The notes below the pieces were generated by a model, which saw nothing but the letters and a program-made list of their open reading frames with translations, had not been told where the DNA came from and ran no database searches. A stretch of 64,000 bases of DNA from positions 14,989-78,988 of the forward strand of contig JAFGHB010000022.1 of assembly GCA_016930255.1 (NCBI GenBank). Direction: 5' to 3'. This DNA comes from Methanomicrobia archaeon. Lineage in GTDB: Archaea > Halobacteriota > Syntropharchaeia > Alkanophagales > Methanospirareceae. The position numbers and the translations under genes are program-made. This document shows positions 50,110 to 60,633 of this stretch, piece after piece (position 1 is the stretch's first letter; the number at the start of each line of letters is the position of its first letter).

Positions 50110-50625
50110 GTGGAGAGCAGTGGAATGGACGTTAAGATCGTTCGCAGTCAGAGGCGGAAGAAGACAATCAGTGCACACGAAGTAGATGGTGAAATCCACT
50201 TATATCTGCCGATGGGGCTCTCACGCGCGGAAGAAGACAAGTACGTGCTGTGGGCGGAGAAGCGTTTTGAAGCACAGCGTCGTAAAAAGGAACTCAGAGC
50301 AAACAACGCTGACGCCGAACTGAAAAAACGCGCTCAGGCACTCAACAAGCGGTATTTCAGCGGCGAACTCACGTGGGAACGAATATGCTACACGACCGGG
50401 CAGAATGGAAGCACGTTTGGGATTTGCAACACGAAGAACAGAACGATCAGGATTTCGGATCGTTTACTGCAGATGCCGACGTTCGTGCATGACTACGTCG
50501 TGGTGCACGAGCTCGCGCACTTGCACGTGCCGAGACACGGACCTGAGTTCTGGGTGCTCGTCAATCGATATCCGAAAACGGAGCGTGCGCGCGGCTATTT
50601 AATGGCGGTTGGCATGACCGATTGA
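50110..50625 (+). CDS. DUF45/YgjP-family metal-dependent hydrolase (SprT/WLM-like HExxH)
   Basis: HELAHL HExxH motif in a C-terminal region typical of DUF45. Confidence 0.6.
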   Translation: MESSGMDVKIVRSQRRKKTISAHEVDGEIHLYLPMGLSRAEEDKYVLWAEKRFEAQRRKKELRANNADAELKKRAQALNKRYFSGELTWERICYTTGQNGSTFGICNTKNRTIRISDRLLQMPTFVHDYVVVHELAHLHVPRHGPEFWVLVNRYPKTERARGYLMAVGMTD

Positions 50626-50786
50626 GATGAATGCATGAATGGTGGAGTCCTCAAACTTAAAAAGTACTTTTAAAGTATCATGTAGATATACATAAAGTTT
50701 ATGCTCTGATTTAATGATCGTGAACGTAAGATCATTGAGAAGGGAGAAGCAGAGGCGAAAGAGAGGAACGGAAGAAGGAGAAGAAA

Positions 50787-52355
50787 ATGAGAAAGAAAGA
50801 AGGGTATAAAGATGATTTCATTTTATCATTGGAAGCCGATAGGTGGCTCTTTCATGCGGATCTCCTCGTTGACAAGGCGCACGTGGTGATGCTAAAGGAG
50901 AGGGGGATCATAAAGAAGGAGGGCGCGGCTATTCTGAACTGCTTAGTGGATATAGAGGAGCGCAGCGAGGATTTTATCGAGCACGAGCTTCCCAAATACG
51001 AGGATGTGCACACGGCGATCGAATCGGTGGTGATACGGGAGATAGGCGCGGACGTCGGCGGGCGGATGCATACCGGGCGGTCGCGCAATGACGAAGTGGC
51101 GACGTGCATACGCATAGCGCTCCGTGCTGAGCTGTTCGAGCTGCTGGAGGCGGTGAACGACTTGCGAAGCGCGTTACTCGATAAAGCGGATAAGAATGTC
51201 AATACGCTCATGCCGGGCTACACGCATTTGCAGCATGCACAACCAACCACCTTCGCACACTACGCGTTGGCGCACGCCGATGCGTTCGCTCGCGATTTCG
51301 CACGGCTCATAACCGCATACGAGCGTACGAACGTCAGTCCCCTGGGTGCCGCCGCATTTGCCTCGACGGGTTTTCCGATCGATCGGGATCAAACGGCGAA
51401 GCTGCTCGGGTTCGATTCCGTGCTGGAACACTCGATGGATGCTGTATCCACACGCGATTTCGTCATTGAGTCGATTGCGTGCTTCTCCAATCTGATGACC
51501 AACCTGAGCAGACTGGCGGAAGAGCTTATACTCTGGAGCACGTCCGAGTTCGATCTCATCCGCGTTCCTGAGGACTATGCGACGGGAAGCTCGATCATGC
51601 CGCAGAAACGGAACCAGGACTACGCAGAACTGGTACGTGCGCGAGCAGGCACGGTCCACGGCTGTTTGCTGAGCGTGCTTTCGATCTGCAAAGCGTTACC
51701 CTATTCGTATAATCGGGATTTACAGGAAGTGACGCCGCACCTGCTGCGCGCCGTGAAGACCACGACCGCGTCGGTAGCCGTAATGAAGAGCATGATCCAA
51801 GGCCTGGAAGTGAAGCAGGAGGCGCTGGAGAAGCAGGCGTCACGCGGCTTCACCACGGCAACCGAGCTGGCGGATACGATTGTTCGAGAGACCGGCACGC
51901 CGTTCAGAACCGCGCATAAAATCGTCGCTTCGTTAGCTTCCGTTCTGACGGAAGAGAACTGGGGAGTGCTGACCGATAAGGAGGCTGAGAAAGCGTTCGT
52001 GGCTGAAATCATTCGGATGATAGACGATATCGCTCTGGAGATCACCGGTGAGAAGCTGAGCGAGAAGAAGGGACTGACGGAGAAGAAAGTAGCGGAAGCG
52101 CTGAACATCGCGTCGAACGTGCAGAAACGGCGCGTGAAAGGGGGACCCGCGAAGAAAGAAGTGCAGCGGATGCTCGGCAAGCGGAAAGCGGATCTGGAGA
52201 GGGACGAGAAGGAGCGGCAGGAGAAGGAGGAGCGGGTGAAGAAGAGCCTGGACGAGCTGGACCGCGAGGTGAAGCGGAAGAAGCGCGTTATTACCGTGAT
52301 ACGAAAGCCGAATCCGAACGTCGTCGTCGAACGCATAAAAGAGATGCGAAAATGA
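50787..52355 (+). CDS. argH: argininosuccinate lyase, with a ~40-aa K/E-rich C-terminal extension
   Basis: GRMHTGRSRNDEVATC lyase signature; SIMPQKRN; 522 aa. Confidence 0.85.
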   Translation: MRKKEGYKDDFILSLEADRWLFHADLLVDKAHVVMLKERGIIKKEGAAILNCLVDIEERSEDFIEHELPKYEDVHTAIESVVIREIGADVGGRMHTGRSRNDEVATCIRIALRAELFELLEAVNDLRSALLDKADKNVNTLMPGYTHLQHAQPTTFAHYALAHADAFARDFARLITAYERTNVSPLGAAAFASTGFPIDRDQTAKLLGFDSVLEHSMDAVSTRDFVIESIACFSNLMTNLSRLAEELILWSTSEFDLIRVPEDYATGSSIMPQKRNQDYAELVRARAGTVHGCLLSVLSICKALPYSYNRDLQEVTPHLLRAVKTTTASVAVMKSMIQGLEVKQEALEKQASRGFTTATELADTIVRETGTPFRTAHKIVASLASVLTEENWGVLTDKEAEKAFVAEIIRMIDDIALEITGEKLSEKKGLTEKKVAEALNIASNVQKRRVKGGPAKKEVQRMLGKRKADLERDEKERQEKEERVKKSLDELDREVKRKKRVITVIRKPNPNVVVERIKEMRK

Positions 52356-52493
52356 GCTAGATAGATGGGAATGAAAATTTTTCTGAGTTCTACTTACTGA
52401 ACTCAGATATATTAGTCTTTTATTTATCATCTAGTATACTAAGTTAGTTTACCCGCATGTGTTCGATTATGGTCAAAACTTACGGAAGAGTAT

Positions 52494-55364
52494 TTGGAGA
52501 TGAGTACATACACTAATACTGGAAGCGGATCTGAAAAGCGAATCGTGGAAAAGCTTCAGAACGTACGAATCTTTGTAGCTTCGCCGGGTGACGTAGCAGA
52601 AGAGCGAGAACAGTTGCGAAAGGTTGCTGATAAACTAAACCATTCAATCACGCATGAACTGGGATTCAACTTAGAAGTCGTAGGATGGGAAACTCATGTT
52701 ATTCCCGAAATGGGTGACCGACCGCAGGCAATCATAAATAAACAGATTGACCCGTACGATGTTTTTGTTGGCATCATGTGGAAGAGGTTTGGAACACCTA
52801 CTGGCGAAGCGGAATCGGGAACTGAGGAAGAGTTCAATATCGCTTTTGAATGCCGCAAAAAGTTTGGTATCCCTTGCATCATGTTTTACTTTAACCAAGA
52901 GCCATTCATGCCTCGAACTCAGCATGAGATAAAGCAGTTAGAGAAAGTGATAGAATTTCGAGAGCGTCTGTCTCAAGAAGGGTTAATTTGGGAGTATACA
53001 GGAGCCGAGAGGTTTAAAGATATTGTTGATACACATTTGTCGAAACTTATTGTTCAGTGGAGCAAAAGAGAGGAAGAAGAGACTTCTAAACCTAAAAAAG
53101 AACAAGTGCTTGAACCATATTTCGCCCAGCCATACGCATTGCAGGAGAACTTCGTGGGCAGGCAAAAAGAGCGGGAGTTGCTCTCGGAATGGTTAGAGCA
53201 GGATCCTACGTCTATGCTGGCATTAGTAGCGATTGGCGGTATGGGCAAATCAGCTTTGTCGTGGTACTGGCTTAACGAAGATGTACTGGGAAAAGGCAAG
53301 CAATTCGACGGAGTTGTCTGGTGGTCTTTTTATGATAAAGAAGCGAGTTTTGAAAGGTTTTTAGACAATTCCATACGTTACGCCAGTAGACAGGCGATTG
53401 ACCCCAAAGAGCTAGAATCAATGTGGGATAAGATGCGCGTATTTTTCAAATTATACGGAGAGAGCAATTACCTTGTGGTCCTCGACGGCGTAGAGCGGTT
53501 GCTTAGGGCATATGCCGGCTTGGGATCACCTTATCAGGGAGAGGCTGTAAAGGAGGATGAAAAACAGGAATTCCGTGCCTGTATTGATCCAAATGTAGCG
53601 AAATTTCTTCAATGGCTTTCTGCGGGTTATCCTCAGACTAAAAGCCTTATTACAACACGTCTCTTTCCTAAAGAACTTGAGGGTATTGCTGGATGCCGAT
53701 ATGTAAATCTGGAACGGATGATTAACGAAGATGCCGTCGAATTTTTCCACCGTCAGGGCGTTACCGGCGCACGGGCGGAAATTGAAACGGCTTGTGGTAG
53801 CGTTGATTATCTTCCTCTTTCTCTCCGACTGCTTTCTGGTATGATTGCGAGCGACCCCAAAAATCCAGGGGATATACAGGAATGGCGGAAATACAACCCA
53901 TTGCCTGAATTGAAAGGTAAAGAAGGACACCACATCTTAGATCTCGCTTATAATTCTCTGGATGAACAAAAGCAGAAGTTTATCAGCAGACTTGCGGCGT
54001 TCAGAAACCCGATGGATTACGATGCGGTTTCTATTTTCAACGAGTTTGGCACTGAGGAAAAATTTAATGAGGTTCTGCGTGAACTCGTGGAAAGGGGTTT
54101 AATATTCAGAGACGAGAAAAGCAATAAATTCGATTTGCATCCGATTGTGCGAAGATACTGCTACGAGCGATTAAAAAATAAAGAAAGCATCCATTCAGTG
54201 CTCATGGATTATTTTGCTTATATCCCAGCACCAGAAAAAGTCGAATCAGTGGACGACTTGGCACCAGTTATCGAGCTGTATCACCATACGGTAAGTACAG
54301 GCAAGTATGACGAAGCTATTGATTTATTTGGCAACAGGCTTGCAGCGCCGTTATTTTATGTATTTGGTGCATATCAAGCAAGAATAGAACTGCTTCGTGC
54401 GCTCTTTCCTGATGGCGAGGATAAACCACCAAGATTGAAAGATGAATCTACTCAAGCATGGACGCTGCAAGCACTTGCAAATAGTTACTTAATGTCGGGT
54501 CAGCCTAAAAAAGCCCTCAGAATTTTAGAAACTGCTATTGACCTTGATAAAAAAATTGGAGGGATGAATTGGAAAAAAGTTGGTCTGAATATTCTTGCCT
54601 GGATTCAAATGCAAATCGGGGAACTTGACCTTGCTGAAACAAATCTCAAAAAACAAATTGAATTCTGCCGCGAAATCAAAGACATAATTAGAGAAGCGGT
54701 TGGTCATGCGGAATTAGGCCGATTGTTTGCCTATGAGGGCGAATTCGCGGAATCTCAAGAAGAATTGAATCGAGCACAAAAAGGCGTTGATGATTTTAGG
54801 GAAAAAGGAGGAAGAACAGGGTATATTTCAGTTGTTAGAGCGTACAAATCCATCCGTTCCATTTTTATGTTTAACGCCGACGAGGCTATGAAAGCAGCCA
54901 AAAAAGCCCGTGAACTTGCTGTGATTGACTACACAGAACGAGATGTCATCCAAGCAGAATGCCTCCTCGGAGCCTCCTACTTGATGCAAGAGAATTTAAC
55001 AGAAGCCGAGCAGCATCTATCCGACGCTCTTACGAGAGACCGAAAAATCAATCTCGTGGAATTAGAGCCTGATATTCTGCTGGAGTTTGCTAAACTCAGG
55101 TTTAAACAGAATTACAAGAAAGAAGCGCTGGAAAAGGCGGAAGAAGCGCTGCAGATCGCGGACCGTTGCGAGTACCGGCTGAAGCAGGCTGATATTCACA
55201 ACTTTTTGGCGGCGTTCTATCTGGATGCCGGTGAGGTGGAGAAGGCGAAAGAGCATGCAGAAAAAGCAAAGGAAAGGGCGGAGTGTGGCTACGTTCCAGC
55301 GTTAAAGAAGGCGGAGAAGCTTTTCAAAGAGATCGAACAAAGAAGTAAAGTAAATAAGGGATAA
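52494..55364 (+). CDS. STAND-class NTPase: N-terminal DUF4062-like domain, NB-ARC ATPase, C-terminal TPR array; candidate defence/signalling protein on an AT-rich segment
   Basis: The N-terminus has VRIFVASPGDVAEEREQL...FVGIMWKRFG (DUF4062-like). The NB-ARC domain has Walker A VAIGGMGKSAL, Walker B YLVVLDGVE, SLITTRL (TTR motif) and DYLPLSL (GLPL motif). The C-terminal ~400 aa are TPR-like helical repeats. Low GC. Confidence 0.6.
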   Translation: MEMSTYTNTGSGSEKRIVEKLQNVRIFVASPGDVAEEREQLRKVADKLNHSITHELGFNLEVVGWETHVIPEMGDRPQAIINKQIDPYDVFVGIMWKRFGTPTGEAESGTEEEFNIAFECRKKFGIPCIMFYFNQEPFMPRTQHEIKQLEKVIEFRERLSQEGLIWEYTGAERFKDIVDTHLSKLIVQWSKREEEETSKPKKEQVLEPYFAQPYALQENFVGRQKERELLSEWLEQDPTSMLALVAIGGMGKSALSWYWLNEDVLGKGKQFDGVVWWSFYDKEASFERFLDNSIRYASRQAIDPKELESMWDKMRVFFKLYGESNYLVVLDGVERLLRAYAGLGSPYQGEAVKEDEKQEFRACIDPNVAKFLQWLSAGYPQTKSLITTRLFPKELEGIAGCRYVNLERMINEDAVEFFHRQGVTGARAEIETACGSVDYLPLSLRLLSGMIASDPKNPGDIQEWRKYNPLPELKGKEGHHILDLAYNSLDEQKQKFISRLAAFRNPMDYDAVSIFNEFGTEEKFNEVLRELVERGLIFRDEKSNKFDLHPIVRRYCYERLKNKESIHSVLMDYFAYIPAPEKVESVDDLAPVIELYHHTVSTGKYDEAIDLFGNRLAAPLFYVFGAYQARIELLRALFPDGEDKPPRLKDESTQAWTLQALANSYLMSGQPKKALRILETAIDLDKKIGGMNWKKVGLNILAWIQMQIGELDLAETNLKKQIEFCREIKDIIREAVGHAELGRLFAYEGEFAESQEELNRAQKGVDDFREKGGRTGYISVVRAYKSIRSIFMFNADEAMKAAKKARELAVIDYTERDVIQAECLLGASYLMQENLTEAEQHLSDALTRDRKINLVELEPDILLEFAKLRFKQNYKKEALEKAEEALQIADRCEYRLKQADIHNFLAAFYLDAGEVEKAKEHAEKAKERAECGYVPALKKAEKLFKEIEQRSKVNKG

Positions 55365-55394
55365 GGAAACAAATCCTTAGAAGAGAGAAAGAAA

Positions 55395-55742
55395 ATGAAA
55401 ACCAAACGAATCGCAATCGCGACCGTGATAGGATTCTTGTGCGGGCTGTTCTGCGCGTACGGGACGATCTTGATCGCAGCATCGAAACCGTCGCTTGTTG
55501 TTACCACCGGGCTGCTGGCCGTGGTCGTGTATAATCGCGTGCTCATCGGTCTGTTCGTTGGCCTCGGCGATGACATTCCGTTGCATCCCGTGCTGAGAGG
55601 TGCGTTGATCGGCGTCATTATCAGTCTCGCAATGGCGCTCATGAACATGATCGATGTCGGTATAAGTGACGGTGCAGCCTTTATCGGATTCGGCATCGTC
55701 TACGGCATCATCGCGGATGTCGTGGCCACGAAGTTCGCCTGA
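55395..55742 (+). CDS. small hypothetical membrane protein
   Basis: 115 aa, four hydrophobic helices. Confidence 0.4.
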   Translation: MKTKRIAIATVIGFLCGLFCAYGTILIAASKPSLVVTTGLLAVVVYNRVLIGLFVGLGDDIPLHPVLRGALIGVIISLAMALMNMIDVGISDGAAFIGFGIVYGIIADVVATKFA

Positions 55743-55758
55743 AGGGATACAGAAACCC

Positions 55759-57012
55759 TTATTTCAGCCGGAAGAACAACCGCATCAACTCTTGCGAGCG
55801 TGCATCGAGTACCTTTTCCGCACGCTTCTGCGCAGACTGTTCGTCAAACCGACCTTCCTTCTTCTGCTCCTGCGGATCAAGGGAATCGTATATGGCAAAC
55901 GGCACGGGCTCTCGCGTATGCGTGCCCACGGACACCGGCGTGTAATGGTCCGGCATGACCAGGATCCGGTAGCCCTCAGTTTCTGCATAGTTTTCGTTCA
56001 AGCCGCTGAGAACGGTGCCGACCACCAACTCATCGAACTCTTCGATCGCGTTCACTTTCAGATCGATATCGCCGAGATGCCCGGCTTCGTCCGGCGCCTC
56101 GACATGTACGAGCACGAAATCATTATCCGCCAGGCTGCGTAGCGCGTACTCCGCCTTGCCGGTATAATTCGTGTCCAGATAACCCGTAGCGCCCGGCACA
56201 TCAATCGCATCCAGTCCGGCACACCGCCCAATGCCTTTTATCAGGTCCACGCCCGAGATCACCGAGCCCCGCTGCACGCCGTACAGCGCGCTAAACGACG
56301 GCATCTGCGGCTTCTCACCACCGCTCCAGAGCCAGACCATATTCGCCTTCTTTTCGCCGCGTGCCGCACGCTTAACGTTGACCTCATGGTTCTCTAAAAC
56401 GTCCTTCGAAGCGAGCATGACCGCTCGTAAAATCGCCTCTTTCGGGAGGTACGCTTCGATACGCTCGCCCACGATATCGTGTGGTGGTGCGCACCCGATC
56501 TCCTTCTCTTCCTGAAAAGCAAAATCGTTCGGCTTGGATTCGAGCACAAAAATGTTCCGGTAGCTCACGCCGGCATAAAAGGTAAATTCCCAGCCCTCAT
56601 CAAGCCACTTACCGCGAAGTGCCGCATTGAGCGCCGCTATTAAACCCCGCGCCTCTTCGGTTGTTACGTGCCCGCCACTGAAATCCGCTAAAATGCCGTT
56701 GCGCTCGGTGATTAGATTACAGCGAAAGGCAATATCGCCGGCTTCGAGCGGAATCCGCAGTGCCATCGCCTCTAACGGACCCCTCCCGGTATGATATCTC
56801 GCAGGGTCATACCCAAGAATCGAGAGGGTGGCTATATCGCTCCCGGCGGTCATTCCCGCTGGAATCGTCTGCACCAACCCACAGGTACCTGCCGCCGCGA
56901 TGTGATCGAGATTGGGTGTGGAGGCAAGTTGCAGTGCCGTCTTGTTACCACGCTCGGGAATCGGATAATCAGCCATGCCGTCCCCTATTAAAAGTACATA
57001 CTTCATGCTCAT
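55759..57012 (-). CDS. apgM: 2,3-bisphosphoglycerate-independent phosphoglycerate mutase, archaeal type
   Basis: MKYVLLIGDGMADYP...; alkaline-phosphatase-superfamily metal motifs; 417 aa. Confidence 0.85.
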   Translation of the reverse strand: MSMKYVLLIGDGMADYPIPERGNKTALQLASTPNLDHIAAAGTCGLVQTIPAGMTAGSDIATLSILGYDPARYHTGRGPLEAMALRIPLEAGDIAFRCNLITERNGILADFSGGHVTTEEARGLIAALNAALRGKWLDEGWEFTFYAGVSYRNIFVLESKPNDFAFQEEKEIGCAPPHDIVGERIEAYLPKEAILRAVMLASKDVLENHEVNVKRAARGEKKANMVWLWSGGEKPQMPSFSALYGVQRGSVISGVDLIKGIGRCAGLDAIDVPGATGYLDTNYTGKAEYALRSLADNDFVLVHVEAPDEAGHLGDIDLKVNAIEEFDELVVGTVLSGLNENYAETEGYRILVMPDHYTPVSVGTHTREPVPFAIYDSLDPQEQKKEGRFDEQSAQKRAEKVLDARSQELMRLFFRLK

Positions 57013-57074
57013 ACCTCAGCAGTATCTCTATTTGTTTTTAAAGCATACGTTCAACTTATAATTGTTGAGGAGAC

Positions 57075-57644
57075 ATGGAGACCGATATACCACTGAGAGA
57101 TGTAATGGTACAGGAGGTCGTACGGGGGGAGAGAGATCTAACCGTACTGGAAGCGGCGAAGCTGATGAGGAAGTATAAGGTGGACAGTATCATAGTGCTC
57201 GATCACGGCGAGCCGGTGGGAATCGTTACCGAAGGCGATATCATCAGCGGCGTGGTGAGTCAAGATCTCAAGCCGAGCACGAGGAAACTGAATGACATAA
57301 TGACGTCACCCTTGGTAACCGCATCTCCTAACGACCGCGTCTCAGCCATAGCGCGGAAAATGGCGAAGGAACGGATAAGGAAGATACCCGTAATCGAAGC
57401 CGGTAAGCTCGTGGGCATCGTTGCCGATGTCGATATTCTCTCTGTTTCGTCCCAGATGAATTCGATCCAGGCAGAATTGCTAGAGATGAGTATGGAACGA
57501 GAAGAACTGGAATTAGAGGACGAGAGTGTCGGGCAGGGACTCTGCGAGAAATGCGGGAGCTTCTCGAATTACCTGGTAATGAAAAGCGGGCTCATGGTCT
57601 GTGATACGTGTAAAGAGGAGTTAGAAATGGAAGGGTTGGATTAA
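57075..57644 (+). CDS. CBS-domain pair protein with a C-terminal zinc ribbon
   Basis: Two CBS motifs and a C-terminal CEKCG...CDTC. Confidence 0.7.
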   Translation: METDIPLRDVMVQEVVRGERDLTVLEAAKLMRKYKVDSIIVLDHGEPVGIVTEGDIISGVVSQDLKPSTRKLNDIMTSPLVTASPNDRVSAIARKMAKERIRKIPVIEAGKLVGIVADVDILSVSSQMNSIQAELLEMSMEREELELEDESVGQGLCEKCGSFSNYLVMKSGLMVCDTCKEELEMEGLD

Positions 57645-57661
57645 GTAAGTACGCTAGCTAG

Positions 57662-58609
57662 CTAGTCCCCGATTCCCGCCTTGGTCACAGAGAACACCGC
57701 CTCGGCTTCCGGAAGATTCGGTGAATCAACTAAGCGTGCTATTCGCTTCTCTCCTTTTGACTTACGCAGGTATAACCTGAACGTCACGGTATGGCCGAGC
57801 ACATGGCCGCCGATGGGCCGTGTCGGGTCGCCGAAGAAGGCGTCCGGTCTCACCTGTACCTGATTCGTTATCATTATCACCGCGTTATTAAGGTCCCCAA
57901 ACCGCAAAGCGTCGTGCAGATGCTTGTTTATCTTCTGCTGACGGTCCGCTAACGTGCCTCTGCCGACATACTCACTCCTGAAATGGGCTGTTGCCGAGTC
58001 TATTATCAGTAACCGCACGGGCTTTTCCGTCTCTTTCAACTCCCCTGCGAGCTGTTCCGCCTTATCCACCAGCAGTATCTGATGATTCGAGTTGTATGCG
58101 CGTGCGATGTGTATGTTCTTGAGAACCTCATCGAAATCGAGTTCTACCGCTTCAGCCATATCCTTTATCCGTTCCGGCCTGAAGGTATTCTCGGTATCAA
58201 TTATTATGACCGAGCCGTTTAATCCGCCCTTATCCAGTGGTAACTGCACGTTCACGGCGAGCTGATGCGCTATCTGCGTCTTGCCACTGCCGAATTCGCC
58301 ATAAAACTCGGTTATCGATCGCGTCTCGATACCGCCGCCTAATAATGTATCCAGCGATTGCGATCCCGACGTGAGCTTGCCGACCTCCTGCCGGCGCTCT
58401 AATATCTTATCTCCGGTCTCAAACCCGCCGATGTCCGCAGCCTCTCGCGCGGCATTGATTATCTTCGCTGCAGTCGCTTCACCGATCTCCGCAGCGGCCA
58501 CCAACTCGGCAGGAGATGCCACCGCTATCGCCTCTAACGAATTATAACCACCATCACGTAACTTCTCCGCAATTGCAGGTCCAACACCGGGTAATTCCTC
58601 TAAATCCAC
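57662..58609 (-). CDS. radA: DNA repair and recombination protein RadA
   Basis: N-terminal HhH ([12 protein letters not shown]), Walker [10 protein letters not shown], 315 aa. Confidence 0.9.
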   Translation of the reverse strand: MDLEELPGVGPAIAEKLRDGGYNSLEAIAVASPAELVAAAEIGEATAAKIINAAREAADIGGFETGDKILERRQEVGKLTSGSQSLDTLLGGGIETRSITEFYGEFGSGKTQIAHQLAVNVQLPLDKGGLNGSVIIIDTENTFRPERIKDMAEAVELDFDEVLKNIHIARAYNSNHQILLVDKAEQLAGELKETEKPVRLLIIDSATAHFRSEYVGRGTLADRQQKINKHLHDALRFGDLNNAVIMITNQVQVRPDAFFGDPTRPIGGHVLGHTVTFRLYLRKSKGEKRIARLVDSPNLPEAEAVFSVTKAGIGD

Positions 58610-58683
58610 GATTATTCACCTCTTCGGTACTAAAACGATGACTAATTATACACCGTTATTTGAGCACTTAAACCTTTCGCACC

Positions 58684-59184
58684 TCAGAATACAAACACCA
58701 GTACTACGACGACCGAGCCGAATTTCCCCTTCTCTACCTCTACCGACTCCACCAACAACGCCTCTTCAAGTATGTTCATATCGCGAATCGTAGCCATCGT
58801 CTGTAACTTCTCCTGCACCTTCTCCGCCAGATATTCTCGTGCATGATGCCCATGATGCTCGCAGATGATGCCGAACTCTCTTTGCGCTCTACCGCCTTCT
58901 GTTTTTGCGCCTAACCAGCCGTAGCCGACACCTGCGCCAATGACTTCGCCCGACTTGCCATCTGCTCGTGAGAGCACGCAGAACGTTATGCTTCCCGGAG
59001 TTATTGTCACGTTACGTCGTTCCGTAACCTCTGCATTCGCCGGCAGGATAGACGAGACCTCGACCAGATTGCATTCGCTTATCCCTGCATCCCGCAACGC
59101 GAGATCGAACGCGTTCGCTTGCTCCTTGTCCATACCCACACCGGACGTAACGAAGAACGCTGTGGGTACCATGTGTCCATCCAT
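58684..59184 (-). CDS. pdaD: pyruvoyl-dependent arginine decarboxylase
   Basis: FFVTSGVG and a cleavage-site serine region typical of PdaD; 166 aa. Confidence 0.8.
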   Translation of the reverse strand: MDGHMVPTAFFVTSGVGMDKEQANAFDLALRDAGISECNLVEVSSILPANAEVTERRNVTITPGSITFCVLSRADGKSGEVIGAGVGYGWLGAKTEGGRAQREFGIICEHHGHHAREYLAEKVQEKLQTMATIRDMNILEEALLVESVEVEKGKFGSVVVVLVFVF

Positions 59185-59209
59185 TTTTTTCCTCTTTATC
59201 TTTATCCTA

Positions 59210-60187
59210 CTAGTACTTATACAACTTTTCCGCTTCTTCGAATGCGGGATATGCCGTCCCCGTTCTTTTGGTGCTCAGGTATACTGCCGCGCAGGCATTA
59301 GCGAAGCGCAGGCACTCCTCAGCTTCTTTACCGTTTAAGACGGCATAGATAAAACCTGCATTGAAGACATCGCCCACGCCCGTCGGACTTAGCGGCTCTA
59401 CATCAAACGCGGGAAAGCTTAGCTCGAACTCGTGGCTTATCCACGCAGAACCCTGCGCACCCCGGTGCAGAATCACGTTTTGGCAGCCCTTCTCCAACAC
59501 ATCGCGCGCTCCGTTCCTCCCTATCTTTTCACTCAAGCTCTGCAGCTCCGCGTCGTTAACAAAGAGGAACTCGGTATCCGGTAAGAGATTGAAAACAGTT
59601 TGCCGTGCACGCACAGTCCATCCGAGATACGCGCTCCAACCAATATCTACACCAGTACACGCACCTGCTGATTGCGCGACTCTGAGGAGCTTGTTATTGG
59701 CGGCGAAGAGCCCTTCGGTGTTCCAGTGACCGGCACGCATCACGAACCGCGCTTTTCGGAGAAGTTCTGTGTTCGCATCCTCTTCCCTGAGGTCTACATT
59801 TGCGCCACGGTCGGACAACATTGACCTGCTGCCATCGTCAAAGGCGATGCTCACCGTTATACCGGGATGCTGATGCTCTTCTCTCTTCGCTAGCGCAGCA
59901 AAGCAGTCCACACCTAACTTCAGTAACTCGGAGCGCACCCAGTGCGAAAGCGCATCAGTGCCTAGTTTACAGATAAGTGCGGTATTCAAGCCAAGGGCGG
60001 CACATGCAGCCGCACAGTTTCCTGCCTGGCCGCCTAGCTTGAGCATAAATTCACAGCCGAGCTGCTTGTCGCGCTCAGGATAATCCGCAATCGGCATCGT
60101 GATTATGTCACAGAACACATCACCGATGACCACGACATCATATCTCTCTACTATTTGCTTTGCCGTCATCATGTGCCACCCGTCCAA
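59210..60187 (-). CDS. PfkB-family carbohydrate/nucleoside kinase
   Basis: GG motif (LKLGGQAGN) and C-terminal DTTGAGD-like GVGDVFNAGF. Confidence 0.75.
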   Translation of the reverse strand: MDGWHMMTAKQIVERYDVVVIGDVFCDIITMPIADYPERDKQLGCEFMLKLGGQAGNCAAACAALGLNTALICKLGTDALSHWVRSELLKLGVDCFAALAKREEHQHPGITVSIAFDDGSRSMLSDRGANVDLREEDANTELLRKARFVMRAGHWNTEGLFAANNKLLRVAQSAGACTGVDIGWSAYLGWTVRARQTVFNLLPDTEFLFVNDAELQSLSEKIGRNGARDVLEKGCQNVILHRGAQGSAWISHEFELSFPAFDVEPLSPTGVGDVFNAGFIYAVLNGKEAEECLRFANACAAVYLSTKRTGTAYPAFEEAEKLYKY

Positions 60188-60282
60188 ACCTATTTATTTA
60201 TATCACTGCGATAGTAGCTGAACATATAGAAATAGAATAGACGATACGGGCTTATAAAAACGTGAGGAGGTGAACACGACAC

Positions 60283-60624
60283 ATGGATCAAATACCAAGA
60301 CCGAAATTCGTGGTGCGAAAGCATCCGGAGTTTAAGCGCTTTTATTCGTCAGGCGTCTTCGGCGGCCATACGCCGTACGAATTCAAGATGATCGTGTATC
60401 AGGAGGGCTACGAGGATGTCACGGAAGGTACGGTGACGGGACGGGAACCACCAGTGATACTGCGGGAGTTACAGGCGGAGATAACGATGTCACCGGAACA
60501 GGCGAAGGCACTGCTGAGCTGGTTGGAGCGACATGTAAAGGCGTACGAGGAGCAGTTCGGCAAGATTCCATCGCCACCGATACCGGAGGAGCCGACAAGG
60601 CCTCCTGAAGGCATGTACGGCTAG
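60283..60624 (+). CDS. hypothetical protein
   Basis: 113-aa ORF; no recognised motif. Confidence 0.4.
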   Translation: MDQIPRPKFVVRKHPEFKRFYSSGVFGGHTPYEFKMIVYQEGYEDVTEGTVTGREPPVILRELQAEITMSPEQAKALLSWLERHVKAYEEQFGKIPSPPIPEEPTRPPEGMYG

Positions 60625-60633
60625 CGAGGCACG

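Noticed and set aside
51174-52336. Minus-strand ORFs of 161, 82 and 211 aa
   Set aside because: All lie antisense inside argH, whose identity is unambiguous.
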